From Bugula neritina (Eukaryota; Animalia; Bryozoa): 64,000 nucleotides of DNA. The DNA lies in NCBI GenBank assembly GCA_964035545.1, contig CAXIUT010000183.1:186001-250000 (forward strand). Reading direction: 5' to 3'. The position numbers and the translations under genes were made by a program. How positions within the stretch are numbered: position 1 is the first letter of the stretch; the number at the start of each line of letters is the position of its first letter. Shown piece by piece: positions 63,790-64,000 of the stretch. The notes under the pieces are model-generated. The model saw only the letters and a program-made list of their open reading frames with translations, was not told the origin of the DNA and searched no databases.

Positions 63790-63808
63790 TGCCCTTAACT
63801 ATCCTGTG
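63790..63808 (-). repeat. Right terminal inverted repeat TGCCCTTAACTATCCTGTG
   Basis: Exact reverse complement of 63054..63072. Confidence 0.97.
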
Positions 63809-64000
63809 ACATTGCAATATACTGCAACATACCAAAATATATGGTAAACTACTGAAATATACTTTAACACATTGAAAAATACTGCAACATACTAAAATAT
63901 ACCGTAACACACTGCAAGATACTGCAGCATTCCGAAATACACTGTAACATACTGAAACACACTGCAACATACTGCATTATACTGACAAACACTGGAACAT
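63809..64000. repeat. Same 10-bp satellite resuming after the transposon insertion
   Basis: acattgcaatat actgcaacat accaaaatat atggtaaact... continues the unit broken at 63053 (tactgcgacac). It shares the rare ttccgaaata variant with the paralogous copy at ~60961. Confidence 0.98.

Larger units (their letters stand above)
63054..63808. mobile_element. 755-bp non-autonomous DNA transposon (MITE-like), probable CMC superfamily (EnSpm/CACTA or Mirage-type, 2-bp TSD)
   Basis: Unique-complexity sequence bounded by perfect 19-bp inverted repeats (22/23 if extended), with termini 5'-CAC...GTG-3' and AC on both sides. Removing the element plus one AC restores the satellite unit gcgacacattgcaa. There is no transposase ORF. 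The superfamily is inferred from the terminal motif and TSD length. Confidence 0.93.

Noticed and set aside
1-64000. Telomeric repeat, rRNA/tRNA genes, or assignment to a named satellite or species
   Set aside because: There is no G-rich telomere motif and no RNA gene signature. I do not recognise the monomer well enough to name a family or organism without a database search.

Overview
Eukaryotic-type satellite DNA with no credible protein-coding or RNA genes. About 98.8% of the window (1..63053 and 63809..64000) is one head-to-tail array, in a single orientation, of a degenerate 10-bp monomer (ACTG[C/A/T]AA[C/T]A[T/C]). The monomers mostly alternate as a 20-bp dimer, ACTGAAATAY-ACTGYAACAY. 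The array is layered: 10-mer, 20-mer, then 100-330 bp subunits anchored on a TACC-N9-GGTA landmark, then nested duplications of 0.23-7.8 kb (for example 3854, 3594, 7822, ~4500, 2339 and 2352 bp) and dispersed copies 26-35 kb apart. The only non-satellite DNA is a 755-bp non-autonomous DNA transposon at 63054..63808. It has perfect 19-bp terminal inverted repeats (CACAGGATAGTTAAGGGCA) and a 2-bp AC target-site duplication, which can be checked against an empty paralogous site at 60691..60710. It also carries an internal pair of motifs repeated at a 179-bp register. CAC...GTG ends with a 2-bp TSD point to the CMC superfamily (EnSpm/CACTA or Mirage-like). The Cys/Ser/Val/Phe/Gln/Tyr-rich minus-strand ORFs are translation artefacts of the repeat. 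I see no evidence of a new gene-encoded system. The most interesting items are the transposon and the rules by which the array appears to evolve. Duplication boundaries were read by eye and from ORF-track offsets, so they are approximate (about +/-10-20 bp).
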